Counted from the stretch's first letter, positions 35,039 to 45,713 are shown. The stretch: DNA of 64,000 nucleotides from Candidatus Eremiobacteria bacterium (GCA_963737065.1 CAVTRC010000001.1:320001-384000); one strand, 5' to 3'. Notes: generated by a model not told the origin, from the sequence alone. A program made the numbers and translations.

Positions 35039-37470
35039 CAGATAGTGCGCCTCCGTAGTTCGACCACCGAAAAGCCACGCCGGTCGATCTGGACGGCGAA
35101 TCCTTTGTAGATTTCTTTGCTCGTGCGCGTCTCCTCGAGCCACTCGCCACGCATGCTCGTATACGTTCTCACGTCAAATGTCGCTTCCAAGTCTTTCGTA
35201 AATTTGATCGATGTCGAAACCGTGCGATCCGCGGTATTGCCGACGAAGAGTACCAGCTCGCCGTCGCGCTGCAGCAGGATCGCCGTAACGTCGTCGTTGA
35301 GCGCCTCGAGCAGTTCATCGGTCACGTCATCGTCGTACTGGTGATATTCGAGATCGCTGCGCACGCGAAACGTCGCGTACATCACTTCAGCCGGCGTACG
35401 GGCGATGAACCACGTCACGAACCCGCCGCGGAAACGCAACTTGCGCACGCCGAGCCAGCGCCAATCGGGTGCGAGCCGCGGATTACAACTCGGCTCCTCA
35501 ACGGAAAGATCCAGTCCCGCCGCGCCTTCGATGGCAGCCCACACGTATCGCGGCGGAAACCATGGCGAGAGCATCATGCCGCGATTCACCAGCGTCTCGC
35601 CATGGAGCCATTCGCTGAACTGACCCGGAACGGTGTTGTTTGCGCGCGGATCGCGCGAATAGTGCCGAAAACTCTCGCTCAATGCCGACGCCATAAAATC
35701 CGGATTGAATCGTGCGGCGGCAAACGCATACCAGAATGTAACGCCGACCCAGACGCCGCCGCGCAATCCGTATCCGCCGGACGGCGTGTACGTGATATCG
35801 TCACGCGGAACGGTCCGGATGCCGGCCTCGGTCCAGAACGGCTCGACGCTCAAACGCGTGATGATCTGCGCGGCGCGATCGCGGTCGGCAACGCCGAACA
35901 TCACGGGGAAAACCAAATCGCACGTCACGTCGGTGCGTTTTGTCCCATCGACGTCGATCGTCAGGTAGTACAATCCGGTTTCCGGATTGACAAGATGCTC
36001 GTTGATCGCCTTACGCAACGCCTGCGACTCACGCTTGAAGCGGTCGCTCTCTTCCGCCTTGCCGACTTCCCGCGCCATCTTCGCGACGGCGCCGAGCGCC
36101 GCGTAACATTCCGAATTCAGTTCGGTCACCGCGCCGCTGATGCGATAATTCTCGATGACATTCCGCCAGCCGGCGATGCCCCAATCGGCCGTTCCACGGG
36201 CCGTACAAAATACCAATCCTTCCTCGTTACGCTGTGTCAAAATGTATTCGGCAGCGCGTTTGCACGGCCGGTATGCGCGCTTCAAGAACTCGCGATCGCC
36301 CGTCGCGTTGAAGTGATGCCAAGCCGCAAGAATAATGAGCGGCGTGTCGTCGTTGATATTTAAATCGTAATCGGCCGTTTTGCCGTTGCGGATGTCGTAG
36401 TACTCGACCGCCATCCCTTTGCGCTCCATGTGATCGAGATACCAGAGCAGTGATTGGCGCGCGAAGTCGGGCGTAACGTAATCCGAGCCGAAGGCGAACC
36501 ACGCGGTGTCGCGCGCGACGCTGTTGTTCGAACGCGTCGGATCGTTGACGAAACACCAGCCGGTAGGCGAGAGCAGCTGCGTGCGCAGCATGTTGGCCTT
36601 CGCCCAGAGCACGCCGCGATTGACGTCGGCGTCGGGCGTCATCACGACCGCGCGGCTCAAGATCGAATGATAGCGTGCCCGCGTGCGGCGGCCGGCGTCG
36701 GTATGCGACGGCGCGCGGTCCAAGATGCGCCGAAGCCCCGCCGTACCGTTCGCCGATGCCGCGAGCGTAAACGTAATGGAAAATCGTTCGTCGGCTTGGA
36801 GCCGAAAACGGTGCTCCAAGAGCGCGATGTGTTCGTGTCCCGAACGATTTACTTTGCCGCTTAGCGGCCCCGGATAATCGACGCGGCTGCACTTGCCGTG
36901 GTCGTTCGTGACCTCCCAATGTCCCGGCCGAACGGAAGAAACGAACGCCCGCGCACAGTCTGGTTCGCTCGCATTGGTCGCCATAACCGCATGCCGGCGC
37001 TCGTCGTAACGTGCGCGCACGTCGTTCCCGAGCGATCCTCGCAGGTCGGCCGCCGCGATGGACGCCATGTCGATCGCTCGCCCGGACGAGTTTTCGAGCT
37101 GCACGTGGTAATACGCGATCGCCGGATCGGCGCTCTCGAGTTCCGGCAGCGTATTGAGCATGAAGACTCGCTCGCGCACCATTACGCCGTTGGTAAGTTC
37201 GTAGACATGCTCTTGCCGGTCGGGATGGATGATGTACTGACCGGGCAGTTTTCCGAGTGACACGTTCGTGACGGGATTCCAATAGTAGATCTGCATCCCG
37301 CCGATGACGATGTGTCCCGTATCTATCGAGAAAAACCGGTCGATGGAGCCGTCGGCTTTGAGAATGATCGCGCCCTTCGGTGCGCCGAGCGTGCTCCCGG
37401 CCGCCATCTGCGTATCCTCGACTTCGTACGTCGAAATGCGTTCGCCCGAACCGGTGACTTTTGCGATCAC
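35038..37470 (-). CDS. Amylo-alpha-1,6-glucosidase-like (alpha/alpha)6 glycoside hydrolase
   Basis: ARDTAW, DDTPL, VTELNSECYAAL and GGVW motifs. GTGA coupling. Confidence 0.8.
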   Translation of the reverse strand: MIAKVTGSGERISTYEVEDTQMAAGSTLGAPKGAIILKADGSIDRFFSIDTGHIVIGGMQIYYWNPVTNVSLGKLPGQYIIHPDRQEHVYELTNGVMVRERVFMLNTLPELESADPAIAYYHVQLENSSGRAIDMASIAAADLRGSLGNDVRARYDERRHAVMATNASEPDCARAFVSSVRPGHWEVTNDHGKCSRVDYPGPLSGKVNRSGHEHIALLEHRFRLQADERFSITFTLAASANGTAGLRRILDRAPSHTDAGRRTRARYHSILSRAVVMTPDADVNRGVLWAKANMLRTQLLSPTGWCFVNDPTRSNNSVARDTAWFAFGSDYVTPDFARQSLLWYLDHMERKGMAVEYYDIRNGKTADYDLNINDDTPLIILAAWHHFNATGDREFLKRAYRPCKRAAEYILTQRNEEGLVFCTARGTADWGIAGWRNVIENYRISGAVTELNSECYAALGAVAKMAREVGKAEESDRFKRESQALRKAINEHLVNPETGLYYLTIDVDGTKRTDVTCDLVFPVMFGVADRDRAAQIITRLSVEPFWTEAGIRTVPRDDITYTPSGGYGLRGGVWVGVTFWYAFAAARFNPDFMASALSESFRHYSRDPRANNTVPGQFSEWLHGETLVNRGMMLSPWFPPRYVWAAIEGAAGLDLSVEEPSCNPRLAPDWRWLGVRKLRFRGGFVTWFIARTPAEVMYATFRVRSDLEYHQYDDDVTDELLEALNDDVTAILLQRDGELVLFVGNTADRTVSTSIKFTKDLEATFDVRTYTSMRGEWLEETRTSKEIYKGFAVQIDRRGFSVVELRRRTI

Positions 37471-38234
37471 AGGCTGCCCGACTTCTTCGTCATGCCGCCG
37501 TCGATGATGAACGATGCACCCGTCACGTAGGACGCTTCTTCCGACGCCAGATACACGCACATCCCCGCAATTTCGTCGGGCTTTGCCATACGATGTAACG
37601 GAATCTCGTTCAACAGCGCATCATACTTCTTTTCATTGGTCTTCAGTTTCGCGTCCATCGGCGTATCGACGGCGCCCGGACAAACGTTGTTCACCGTAAT
37701 CCCGTACTGCGCGAGTTCGACGGCGATCGTCCGCATCAACATGCGCAGCCCGCCTTTCGCGGCACAGTACGGCGCGTTGGTGGGCATCGTCAGTTCTTCG
37801 TGCACCGAGCTGATGTTGATGATCCGCCCGCCCGACTGCTGGCGCACCATCTGCTTCGCTGCGGACTGCGAACAGAGCCACGGGCCGGTCAAGTCGACGT
37901 CGATGACCTTACGATACGTGTCGAACGGCATCTCGAGGAACGGATGCTTTTGCTCGATTCCGGCATTGTTCACGAGGATGTCGAGCTGCCCGAAGTGCTT
38001 CGCCGCTTCCTTGACGATCTTCTCGACGTCATCCGGTTGCGTGACATTCGCCTCAACGGCGTGCGCGCGACCGCCGAAATTCTCGATTTCGTCGATCAAC
38101 GCATCAGCCGTCGTGCGATCGCCGAGATAGTCGACGACGACGCGCGCGCCTTCCCGCGCCATCATGGTGGAAATCGCTTTCCCAATCCCCGTATCGCCGC
38201 CGGTAACGATAGCTACCTTATCGTGCAGTCGCAT
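37467..38234 (-). CDS. SDR oxidoreductase, glucose 1-dehydrogenase-like
   Basis: TGGDTGIG, NNAG, SSVHE, YCAAK and PGAVDTP motifs. Confidence 0.92.
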   Translation of the reverse strand: MRLHDKVAIVTGGDTGIGKAISTMMAREGARVVVDYLGDRTTADALIDEIENFGGRAHAVEANVTQPDDVEKIVKEAAKHFGQLDILVNNAGIEQKHPFLEMPFDTYRKVIDVDLTGPWLCSQSAAKQMVRQQSGGRIINISSVHEELTMPTNAPYCAAKGGLRMLMRTIAVELAQYGITVNNVCPGAVDTPMDAKLKTNEKKYDALLNEIPLHRMAKPDEIAGMCVYLASEEASYVTGASFIIDGGMTKKSGSL

Positions 38235-39511
38235 CACTGTGTCATCCTGACCGGGTCGAAGGAACGCAACGCGTCATCTGCGCGTCCGAATGCGACCGCG
38301 AGCGTCCAATCCAACGCAACGCGCGTCTTCCGAGAGAACCCCGGTAACCGTCCCAAGTAATACGTCCGCCACAGCACCCACGCGGGTAATCCGGTCAGCG
38401 TCACGCCGCCCGGCAAGTCCGCGAGTGCACGCCGATTTCCAAGCGACGCCATCTGCCCCTTCGTTTTGTATCGAAACGGTTTCGTCTGTTTTCCCTGCAA
38501 TCGCCGAAGCACATTACGCGCGAGCAACGGTCCTTCACGCGTCGCATTCTGCGCAAGCGGCGCGTACGTTCCGCCGCTCTTCTTCGGAATCGCGGCGCAA
38601 TCGCCGATCGCCCAAAGATGCGCATGTCCCTCGACGGAAAAATCGCGCGACGTCTCGACCGCCCCGTGTCGCGAGACCTTGAGCCCCAACCGCTCCACGA
38701 TCGGTGCCGGCTTCGTCCCGGCAGCCCACACGATGGTGCGACTCTCATATCTGTCGCCGTTTTTCAACGTCACGCCGGCCGGATCGACCGCGGAGACATC
38801 CGTGCCGACGCGAATCTCCACGCCACGGTCGTGCAGCACGCGCGCCGCGTACTTTCCGAAGCGTTCCGGCAGATGCGGGAGCAAACGCTTTTCGCCTTGC
38901 ACGACAACGACGCTCGGCACGTGTTGCCGCAACGAAGCATAGTAACGCAAGAGCGACCGCAAGAACGCGCTCAACTCGCCTGCCGCTTCGACCCCGGTGA
39001 ACCCGCCGCCGACGATGACGAAGCGCAGCAATCGGTCGCGCTCCGACAGATCGTTGCTTTGCGACGCGACCTCAACCGCCGCAATGACGCTGCTGCGCAA
39101 CCGTTCGGCATCGCGAAGGGTACGCAACGGCAACGTACACCGGTCGACACCATCGATTCCCATCGTTGATCGAGTCGATCCGAGCGCGAGCACGAGTTCA
39201 TCGTATTCGAGCGTCTTCGACTCATTCGTCAACGGATGGCGCAGCGTAACCAACCGTCGTTCCTCGTCGACGCTCAACACCTCGCCGAGTTCGAATCGTA
39301 CGTGACGGAGCTGCTCGCGAAAGGGCTGCGTGATGTGCTGCGCCTCAACGCTTCCCGTGGCCGCTTCCGGCAACATCGGCGTGAACAACATATAGTTGTT
39401 GCGATCCACAAGCACGATCTCGAGACCGCGCACGCGCTTACACCGGCGCTCGAATTCCCGCGCCGCGGAAAACCCGGCAAATCCGCCGCCAAGAATTACG
39501 ATCCGCGGCAT
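38234..39511 (-). CDS. NDH-2-family NAD(P)/FAD-dependent oxidoreductase
   Basis: GGGFAG, FTPML, GGGFTGVE, WAAG and AIGDCA motifs. Confidence 0.9.
   Translation of the reverse strand: MPRIVILGGGFAGFSAAREFERRCKRVRGLEIVLVDRNNYMLFTPMLPEAATGSVEAQHITQPFREQLRHVRFELGEVLSVDEERRLVTLRHPLTNESKTLEYDELVLALGSTRSTMGIDGVDRCTLPLRTLRDAERLRSSVIAAVEVASQSNDLSERDRLLRFVIVGGGFTGVEAAGELSAFLRSLLRYYASLRQHVPSVVVVQGEKRLLPHLPERFGKYAARVLHDRGVEIRVGTDVSAVDPAGVTLKNGDRYESRTIVWAAGTKPAPIVERLGLKVSRHGAVETSRDFSVEGHAHLWAIGDCAAIPKKSGGTYAPLAQNATREGPLLARNVLRRLQGKQTKPFRYKTKGQMASLGNRRALADLPGGVTLTGLPAWVLWRTYYLGRLPGFSRKTRVALDWTLAVAFGRADDALRSFDPVRMTQ
38241..38263 (+). repeat. REP-like motif, copy 3 (GTCATCCTGACCGGGTCGAAGGA), in the NDH-2 C-terminal tail
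   Basis: Shared GTCAYCCTGA…TCGAAGG core. Confidence 0.5.
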
Positions 39512-42500
39512 CAGCGTCGCCTCCGTAACACGGCAGCACTTGCAATCGCCGCTACGCAAACGGCCGCAACGCCGAGTGCACCGAACAACCGATACTGCTT
39601 CGCTTGCGCACGCGGGTCCGCCATATACGCGCGCTCGGGATACGCCGGCGCGTCGTGCGCGGAGCCGTTCGTAGGAGAATCGCGGCGATCGATTGCCATT
39701 TTCAGGAGTTGCGCGGGATGCAACGCCAACCGGTCCGTCATCTGCGCGATTTGCTCGCGGCAGCTAAACCCGTCGGCCACGATGATCGTCTCGGCGTCCG
39801 CACCGCGCACCGCCGGCAGCAGGCGGCGTTCGCCGACCGCGACCGAGACGTCGTAGTGCCCTTCTTCAAAACCGAAGGCGCCGGCCATTCCACAGCATCC
39901 GTCATCGGGCGCCGTGTAGTTAACGCCGGTCTTATCAAAGAGCGCCCGTTCGGCAGCGGAATTCAAGATCGCCTTATGGTGACAGTGCTGGTGCACGATC
40001 GCGACGCCGTCAAGCTTCGGCGGCTTATACTCCGGCGCGTGTTTCGTCAAGAAGTCCGAGAACAAAAACGTCTGCGCCGCAAGCCGTCCCGCATCGATAT
40101 CGTCGCCGAGCAAGTCGCACATTTCGTCGCGGAACACCGACACGCAACTCGGTTCTAAGCCAACGACCATCGTGCCCGCACGAATCTCGTCGCGCAATTC
40201 GTCGAGAATGTCGTGCAGCATCGCCTTCGCACGATCGAGCATCCCGTAATCGTAGAACGGCCGCCCGCAACAGAGAACCTTTTGCGGTATCGTCACGTGG
40301 AATCCGGCATCTTCCAGCACTTCGACCGCCGCAATCGCCGTCGACGGATGGAAGTGATCGTTCCAGGTATCCGGCCACAGAATAACGCGCGTCTTTCCAA
40401 CGTTCCGCGGCTGATGCGACGCGAACCACGCGCGAAACGTTTGCGTCGCAAAGGGCGGAATGCGGCGCCGCGCATCCATTCGCGCGGCCCACTTCGCGAT
40501 TCGATTGAGCCCCGGAGCCTGCGCAAGCGCATTCGCAATCCATGGGATAAGCGCCGCAATGCGAGCCCAGTACATCATCAACCCGAACGCATACGCATTG
40601 CGCGGCCGCGGCGTGCCTTCGTAATAGTGCGAAAGAAACTCCGCCTTATATGTCGCCATGTCGACGTTGACCGGACACTCTTCCTTGCACCCTTTACAGG
40701 CGAGACACAGATCGAGCGCCTCTTTAACGGCGTCGTTCTTCCACGTGCGCTTCAGCGGATCGCCGCGGAGCATTTCAAAGAGCAGCCGCGCTCGCCCGCG
40801 CGTCGCATATTTCTCGTCGAGCGTCGCCATGTAGCTCGGGCACATCGTGCCGCTATCGTGCTTGCGGCACTTTCCGGTGCCGACGCAACGATTCGCCGCA
40901 TACGCGAAGCTGCCGTTATCACGCTTCAGATGAAAGTGCGTCGACGGATTCCACGGCTCGTACGACGTGCCCCAGCGCAGATCGGCGTCGAGCTTGTTCG
41001 GATGGACGACCTTTCCGGGATTCATCTTGTCCTGCGGATCCCAGATCATCTTGAATTCCCAAAACGCCTGGCACAACGCATCGCCGTACATGATCGGCAG
41101 CAACTCGCCGCGCGCCTGACCGTCGCCATGCTCGCCGGAGAGCGAACCGTTGTATTTCACGCACAAGTGCGCGGCGCGGGTAACGAACTCGCGATAGCGC
41201 CGGATACCCTCCGCGGTGAAGAGATCGAAGTTGATGCTGCAGTGCAAGCATCCTTGCCCGAAGTGGCCGTAGAGCGACGCCTTGTAGCCGAACTCATTCA
41301 TCAGCGGCTGGAAATCGCGCAAGTAGTCGCCGAGATCTTTGGGGTCGACGGCAGAGTCTTCCCACCCGGGATAAAAGTCCGGCTCGTTCGGAATCTTCGA
41401 CGTCGAGCCCAAGCCCGCGTCGCGTAACGACCACAACTCCGCTTGTTGTCCGCGGTCTTTGATCAACCGGTACGTCGGCGCATCTTGGCGCGACTCGAAG
41501 TCTTTGGCAAGCGCGTTCGCCTTCGCATCCGCGTCGTCGGCATTTTCGGCGCCGAACTCGACGATCAGCCACGCGTTTCCGTCCGGAAACATACTGCGTT
41601 GCTTCGTCGACATGCCCTTGTCTTGCATGTACATGAACATGCTCTCATCGAGTCCTTCGAGCGCAATCGGCCCGTGTTCATTGCAGAACGGAACGTGATC
41701 CGCGGCCGTAGCAATGTCTTTGAACCCGAAGAGCGCAAGCGAACGATGCGGGGGACTATGCACCAGGCGCACCGTCGCCTCGGTGATCGTCACGCACGTC
41801 CCTTCGGACCCGACGAGCGCGCGCGCAACGTTGAATCCGTTCTCCGGCAAGAGCTGATCGATCGCGAAGCCGGACACGCGCCGTGGAATCTTCGGAAATT
41901 TCTCCCGGATGAGATCGGCATACCGGTCGCGCAAGTCACGCAACTTCGAGTAAATTTCACCCTTGCGGCCGCCTTCGGAAATGATGCGCTCGAGTTCTTC
42001 ATCGCTCGTCGGCCCGACGCGCATGCGAAGCCCGTCGTACGTGATGATCTCAAGCTCCTCGGTGTTCTCTTCCGATTTGCCGGCCATTTGCGCGTGCATG
42101 CCGCACGAATTGTTGCCGAGCATACCACCGAACGTGTTGCGGTCGTGCGTCGCGGGATCCGGTCCCCACGTTAAATGACGCTCTTCGGCGGCATGGCGCA
42201 AGTCGTCGTTCACGAGGCCGGGCTGCACGCGTGCGCGCTTACGATCCCATTCGATCTCCAAAATGCTGTTCATGTACTTGCTGAAGTCGATGACGACCGC
42301 AACGTTGCACGTCTCGCCGGCGAGGCTCGTACCGCCGCCGCGCGCGACGATCGGCGCGCCGAATTCGCGGCATACGCGCAGCGTCGCCTCGACATCTTGC
42401 GTATCGCGCGGAATGACCACGCCGAGCGGTACTTGCCGGTAGTTGGATGCGTCGGTCGAATACATCGCCCGCGATCCACGATCGAATCGGACGTCGCCGT

Positions 42501-42594
42501 GCACCGCGTCGAGCAGTGCCTTTTCGAGCGCGTCCAAATCGACCTCGACACTCGACCGCTCAACGGTCTCTTTCGTGCCGAGAACTTTGATCAT
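39511..42594 (-). CDS. FAD-linked oxidase + 4Fe-4S + CCG-domain protein (YdiJ / GlcD-GlcF fusion type)
   Basis: RGGGTSLAG, GEHGDG, CVGTGKC…MCPS, CLACKGCKEECP and two CCG motifs. Confidence 0.92.
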   Translation of the reverse strand: MIKVLGTKETVERSSVEVDLDALEKALLDAVHGDVRFDRGSRAMYSTDASNYRQVPLGVVIPRDTQDVEATLRVCREFGAPIVARGGGTSLAGETCNVAVVIDFSKYMNSILEIEWDRKRARVQPGLVNDDLRHAAEERHLTWGPDPATHDRNTFGGMLGNNSCGMHAQMAGKSEENTEELEIITYDGLRMRVGPTSDEELERIISEGGRKGEIYSKLRDLRDRYADLIREKFPKIPRRVSGFAIDQLLPENGFNVARALVGSEGTCVTITEATVRLVHSPPHRSLALFGFKDIATAADHVPFCNEHGPIALEGLDESMFMYMQDKGMSTKQRSMFPDGNAWLIVEFGAENADDADAKANALAKDFESRQDAPTYRLIKDRGQQAELWSLRDAGLGSTSKIPNEPDFYPGWEDSAVDPKDLGDYLRDFQPLMNEFGYKASLYGHFGQGCLHCSINFDLFTAEGIRRYREFVTRAAHLCVKYNGSLSGEHGDGQARGELLPIMYGDALCQAFWEFKMIWDPQDKMNPGKVVHPNKLDADLRWGTSYEPWNPSTHFHLKRDNGSFAYAANRCVGTGKCRKHDSGTMCPSYMATLDEKYATRGRARLLFEMLRGDPLKRTWKNDAVKEALDLCLACKGCKEECPVNVDMATYKAEFLSHYYEGTPRPRNAYAFGLMMYWARIAALIPWIANALAQAPGLNRIAKWAARMDARRRIPPFATQTFRAWFASHQPRNVGKTRVILWPDTWNDHFHPSTAIAAVEVLEDAGFHVTIPQKVLCCGRPFYDYGMLDRAKAMLHDILDELRDEIRAGTMVVGLEPSCVSVFRDEMCDLLGDDIDAGRLAAQTFLFSDFLTKHAPEYKPPKLDGVAIVHQHCHHKAILNSAAERALFDKTGVNYTAPDDGCCGMAGAFGFEEGHYDVSVAVGERRLLPAVRGADAETIIVADGFSCREQIAQMTDRLALHPAQLLKMAIDRRDSPTNGSAHDAPAYPERAYMADPRAQAKQYRLFGALGVAAVCVAAIASAAVLRRRR

Positions 42595-42607
42595 TGCTAG
42601 CCTTTCT

Positions 42608-43720
42608 TCAAACTTGATAACGCCGCGCGTCTGCGCGCTTCAACGTTAAACCGATTCCGGGCCGAGTCAAATCCGGCTCCAGTTTCCCATCGATGGGATC
42701 GCTTATGCCCTCGAACAACATGCGCTCGATGCGCGCGTGATCGTAGAAATACTCCATGTGGCGCAGCATTTTGCACGCGAGGGCCGCATGCAGTTGCAGG
42801 TGCGGCGCGCAATGTGTCGAGAGCGGCATCATCGCCGTCTGAGCGAGACCGTCGACGGCAAGCAATCCGCTGAAGCCGCCGCAGCGCGTCGCATCCGCTT
42901 GTAAACAATCAACGGTCTTCGCTTCGAGCATGCGCCAAAAATGATACAAGCCGTATCCATACTCGCCCGATGCAACGTCCATGCACGCCGGCGCCCGTTC
43001 GCGAATCTGCGAGAGCCCTTCAAAGTCCTGATGGTAGACCGGCTCTTCGAACCAGCTTACGCGCAGATCCGCAAATTTCTCGGCAAACTGCATCGCCTGC
43101 TTGCGCGAATAGGCGCCGTTCGCGTCGACGAACAACTCGGCGTCGTTGCCAATCGCACGCCGCGCTTCGGTAACGCGCTCCACGTCGCGCGAAGGCTCTC
43201 GTCCGATCTTCATCTTGACGCGCGGAATGCCCGACGCGACCCAGCCGCTTAGCTGATCGCGCAGCCGCTCGAGCGTATACGAAGTAAATCCACCACTCCC
43301 GTAGACCGGCGCCGCGCTGCGCGCATTTCCGAGCAACACGCAGACCGGCGCATCGAGCAATTTGCCTTTCAAATCCCAGAGCGCGACGTCGACAGCCGAG
43401 ATCGCCATCGACGTAATCCCATCGCGACCGAGATTGCGGATCTTCCCCTGCATGTCGGCAAATCGTTTGCCGGTTGCGAGTGCGTCCGCGCCCTTGAGCA
43501 GCTCGCGAAACTCAGAATGAATGACGCTCGCCGTCGCTTCGTCCGCGTACGTGAAGCCGATGCCGGTTTCACCGCCGGCCGTGACCTCGACGAAGACCAT
43601 CGTCGTCGCATCCCACACGGCGGTGCCGTCGGATTCCGGACCGCCGTCGGTTGGGATTCGAAAGACCGATACGTCGACCGCGTCGATTGCTGCTTCCGTG
43701 CGCGGCGTCGTCGCCGTCAC
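42608..43720 (-). CDS. Mandelate racemase / muconate lactonizing enolase-superfamily protein
   Basis: DVALWDLKGK, KMKIG, metal ligands in VDAN / FEEP / GEY, and THC. Confidence 0.9.
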   Translation of the reverse strand: MTATTPRTEAAIDAVDVSVFRIPTDGGPESDGTAVWDATTMVFVEVTAGGETGIGFTYADEATASVIHSEFRELLKGADALATGKRFADMQGKIRNLGRDGITSMAISAVDVALWDLKGKLLDAPVCVLLGNARSAAPVYGSGGFTSYTLERLRDQLSGWVASGIPRVKMKIGREPSRDVERVTEARRAIGNDAELFVDANGAYSRKQAMQFAEKFADLRVSWFEEPVYHQDFEGLSQIRERAPACMDVASGEYGYGLYHFWRMLEAKTVDCLQADATRCGGFSGLLAVDGLAQTAMMPLSTHCAPHLQLHAALACKMLRHMEYFYDHARIERMLFEGISDPIDGKLEPDLTRPGIGLTLKRADARRYQV

Positions 43721-45501
43721 GAACGATCCCCGGTCGGTACGACGGTTGCCATCACGCTCTTGATCGATTCCTTGATGATGTTGCCTTCGTCGGGATCGCC
43801 TTTGACGAGCGCCTCGAAGTACTTGTGCGCTTCTTCGAACGTGATGTGCGGTGGCAGTTGCGCGATATTTGCTGAAACGTGCGCATCGACGATCACCGGG
43901 CGATCGGAGGCAAACGCGCGCTCCCACCCACTGTCGACGTCGTCGGGGCTCTCCATCCGAATCCCGAGGAATCCGAGCTGCTGCGCGTACGCCGCGTAAT
44001 CAAACGGCGGCAAGTCCTGCGATGCATCGAACTTGGGATCGCCGCTCATAATTCGCATCTCCCACGTCACCTGATTGAGATCCGAGTTGTTGAGCACGAG
44101 GAAAATGACACGCGGATCGGTCCACTCTTTCCAGTATTTCGCGACCGTCAGCATCTCGGCATTCCCGTTCATCTGCATCGCGCCGTCGCCGGTGCACGCG
44201 ATTGCGACGCGACCCGGATACGCGAACTTCGCAGCGATAGCGTACGGGACGGCTGCACCCATCGTCGCGAGTCCGCCGGAGAGCGAACCCTTCATGCCGC
44301 GGCGCATCATAATGTTGCGCGCGTACCAATTCGTGGCCGTGCCTGCATCGCCGCTGAGGATCGCGTCATCGGGCAAATGATCGTTGAGCGACGTGAATAC
44401 CAATTGCGGGTTGATCGGATCCGCGGTCACGTGCGAGCGCGCCGTTTCGTCCTCGTGCCACTTCTTCTTTGTCTTTTCGAGCCGGTTGCGCCACGAGTGG
44501 TGCGTCTTCGTTTCAAGCAGCGGCAGTAGTGCGCGCAGCGTTGCGGCTGCATCGCCGACCAAGTTCAATTCCGTCGGATAGCGTAAGCCCAGGTTCTTCG
44601 GCTCGATGTCAATCTGGATACCGCGTGCATGACCTTCCTTCGGCAAGAATTCCGCATACGGAAACGACGTGCCGACCATTAGGAGCGTGTCGCAATGTTC
44701 CATCATGTCAAAACTCGTCAACGTGCCAAGCAGTCCGATGGTGCCGGTTACGAACGGTAGATCATCCGGCACCGCAGCTTTTCCAAGTAGTGCCTTCGCA
44801 ACGCCGGCGCCGAGTCGTTCTGCAACGGCGATTACCTCATCGGTCGCATTCAAACATCCCGCGCCGACCAGCATCGCGACGCGCTCGCCCGCGTTGAGAA
44901 TATCCGCTGCAGCGCGCAACGCCTCGGGCGGCGGAACGGTCACTCCGAGCGTGATGCCGGGGCTCGAATGAATCGTGTTGTGTTTGTGCGGCGGATTGGA
45001 ATACTTCTCTTCTTGGATGTCTTTCGGCAGCACGATTGCCGCCACGCCGCGATGTCCGATCGCCGTACGAAATGCGCGATCGGTGATGTGCCGAACCGCA
45101 ATGGGACTCGAAGCGGTGTAAACGTAGTCGCACACATCTTCGAAGAGTTGTTGAAGGTCGACTTCCTGCTGGTACGAACCGCCGAGCGCCGTCGTTGCCG
45201 CTTGCCCGACGACTGCTACCACGGGAACGTGGTCCATCTTCGCGTCGTACAGTCCGTTCATGAGGTGGATGGCGCCCGGACCCGACGTCGCCATGCATAC
45301 GCCTACTTCGCCGGTGTACTTGGCGTGCGCACACGCCATGAACGCCGCCATTTCTTCGTGCCGAACTTGGATAAACTGAATTTTTCCGTCGATGCGCTGC
45401 AAGGCGCCAAGCACGCCGTTGATTCCATCGCCGGGATAACCATAAATACGTGTGACGCCCCAGTCCATCAGACGGCGCATCAAAAAGTCGCTCGCGTTCA
45501 T
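43717..45501 (-). CDS. Thiamine pyrophosphate-dependent enzyme (pyruvate oxidase/PoxB-like family)
   Basis: GYPGDG, RHEE, TSGPG and the GDGAMQM…NN TPP motif. Confidence 0.93.
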   Translation of the reverse strand: MNASDFLMRRLMDWGVTRIYGYPGDGINGVLGALQRIDGKIQFIQVRHEEMAAFMACAHAKYTGEVGVCMATSGPGAIHLMNGLYDAKMDHVPVVAVVGQAATTALGGSYQQEVDLQQLFEDVCDYVYTASSPIAVRHITDRAFRTAIGHRGVAAIVLPKDIQEEKYSNPPHKHNTIHSSPGITLGVTVPPPEALRAAADILNAGERVAMLVGAGCLNATDEVIAVAERLGAGVAKALLGKAAVPDDLPFVTGTIGLLGTLTSFDMMEHCDTLLMVGTSFPYAEFLPKEGHARGIQIDIEPKNLGLRYPTELNLVGDAAATLRALLPLLETKTHHSWRNRLEKTKKKWHEDETARSHVTADPINPQLVFTSLNDHLPDDAILSGDAGTATNWYARNIMMRRGMKGSLSGGLATMGAAVPYAIAAKFAYPGRVAIACTGDGAMQMNGNAEMLTVAKYWKEWTDPRVIFLVLNNSDLNQVTWEMRIMSGDPKFDASQDLPPFDYAAYAQQLGFLGIRMESPDDVDSGWERAFASDRPVIVDAHVSANIAQLPPHITFEEAHKYFEALVKGDPDEGNIIKESIKSVMATVVPTGDRS

Positions 45502-45510
45502 GTTTCTGTT

Positions 45511-45537
45511 CTACCCGCCGCGACTTTAAGAAGAAAC
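45511..45537 (-). promoter_or_regulatory. SigB/SigF-like promoter GTTT-N17-GGGTAG
   Basis: 9 nt before the ATG of the TPP operon. Confidence 0.5.
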
Positions 45538-45713
45538 AGATGACGCGCATCACTACGTGCACGCTTGCACGTTAGACCAGCGCGCGAACCTTGCAAGCGG
45601 TACGCTACGCAACGAGCATGCGCGCGTCAGCCGTTCACTGACACATCGTTCATCGTGATTTGCGCCCATTCGAGCGGCGTTGGCGCGTGATGAATATCGC
45701 GCACATCGCTCGG

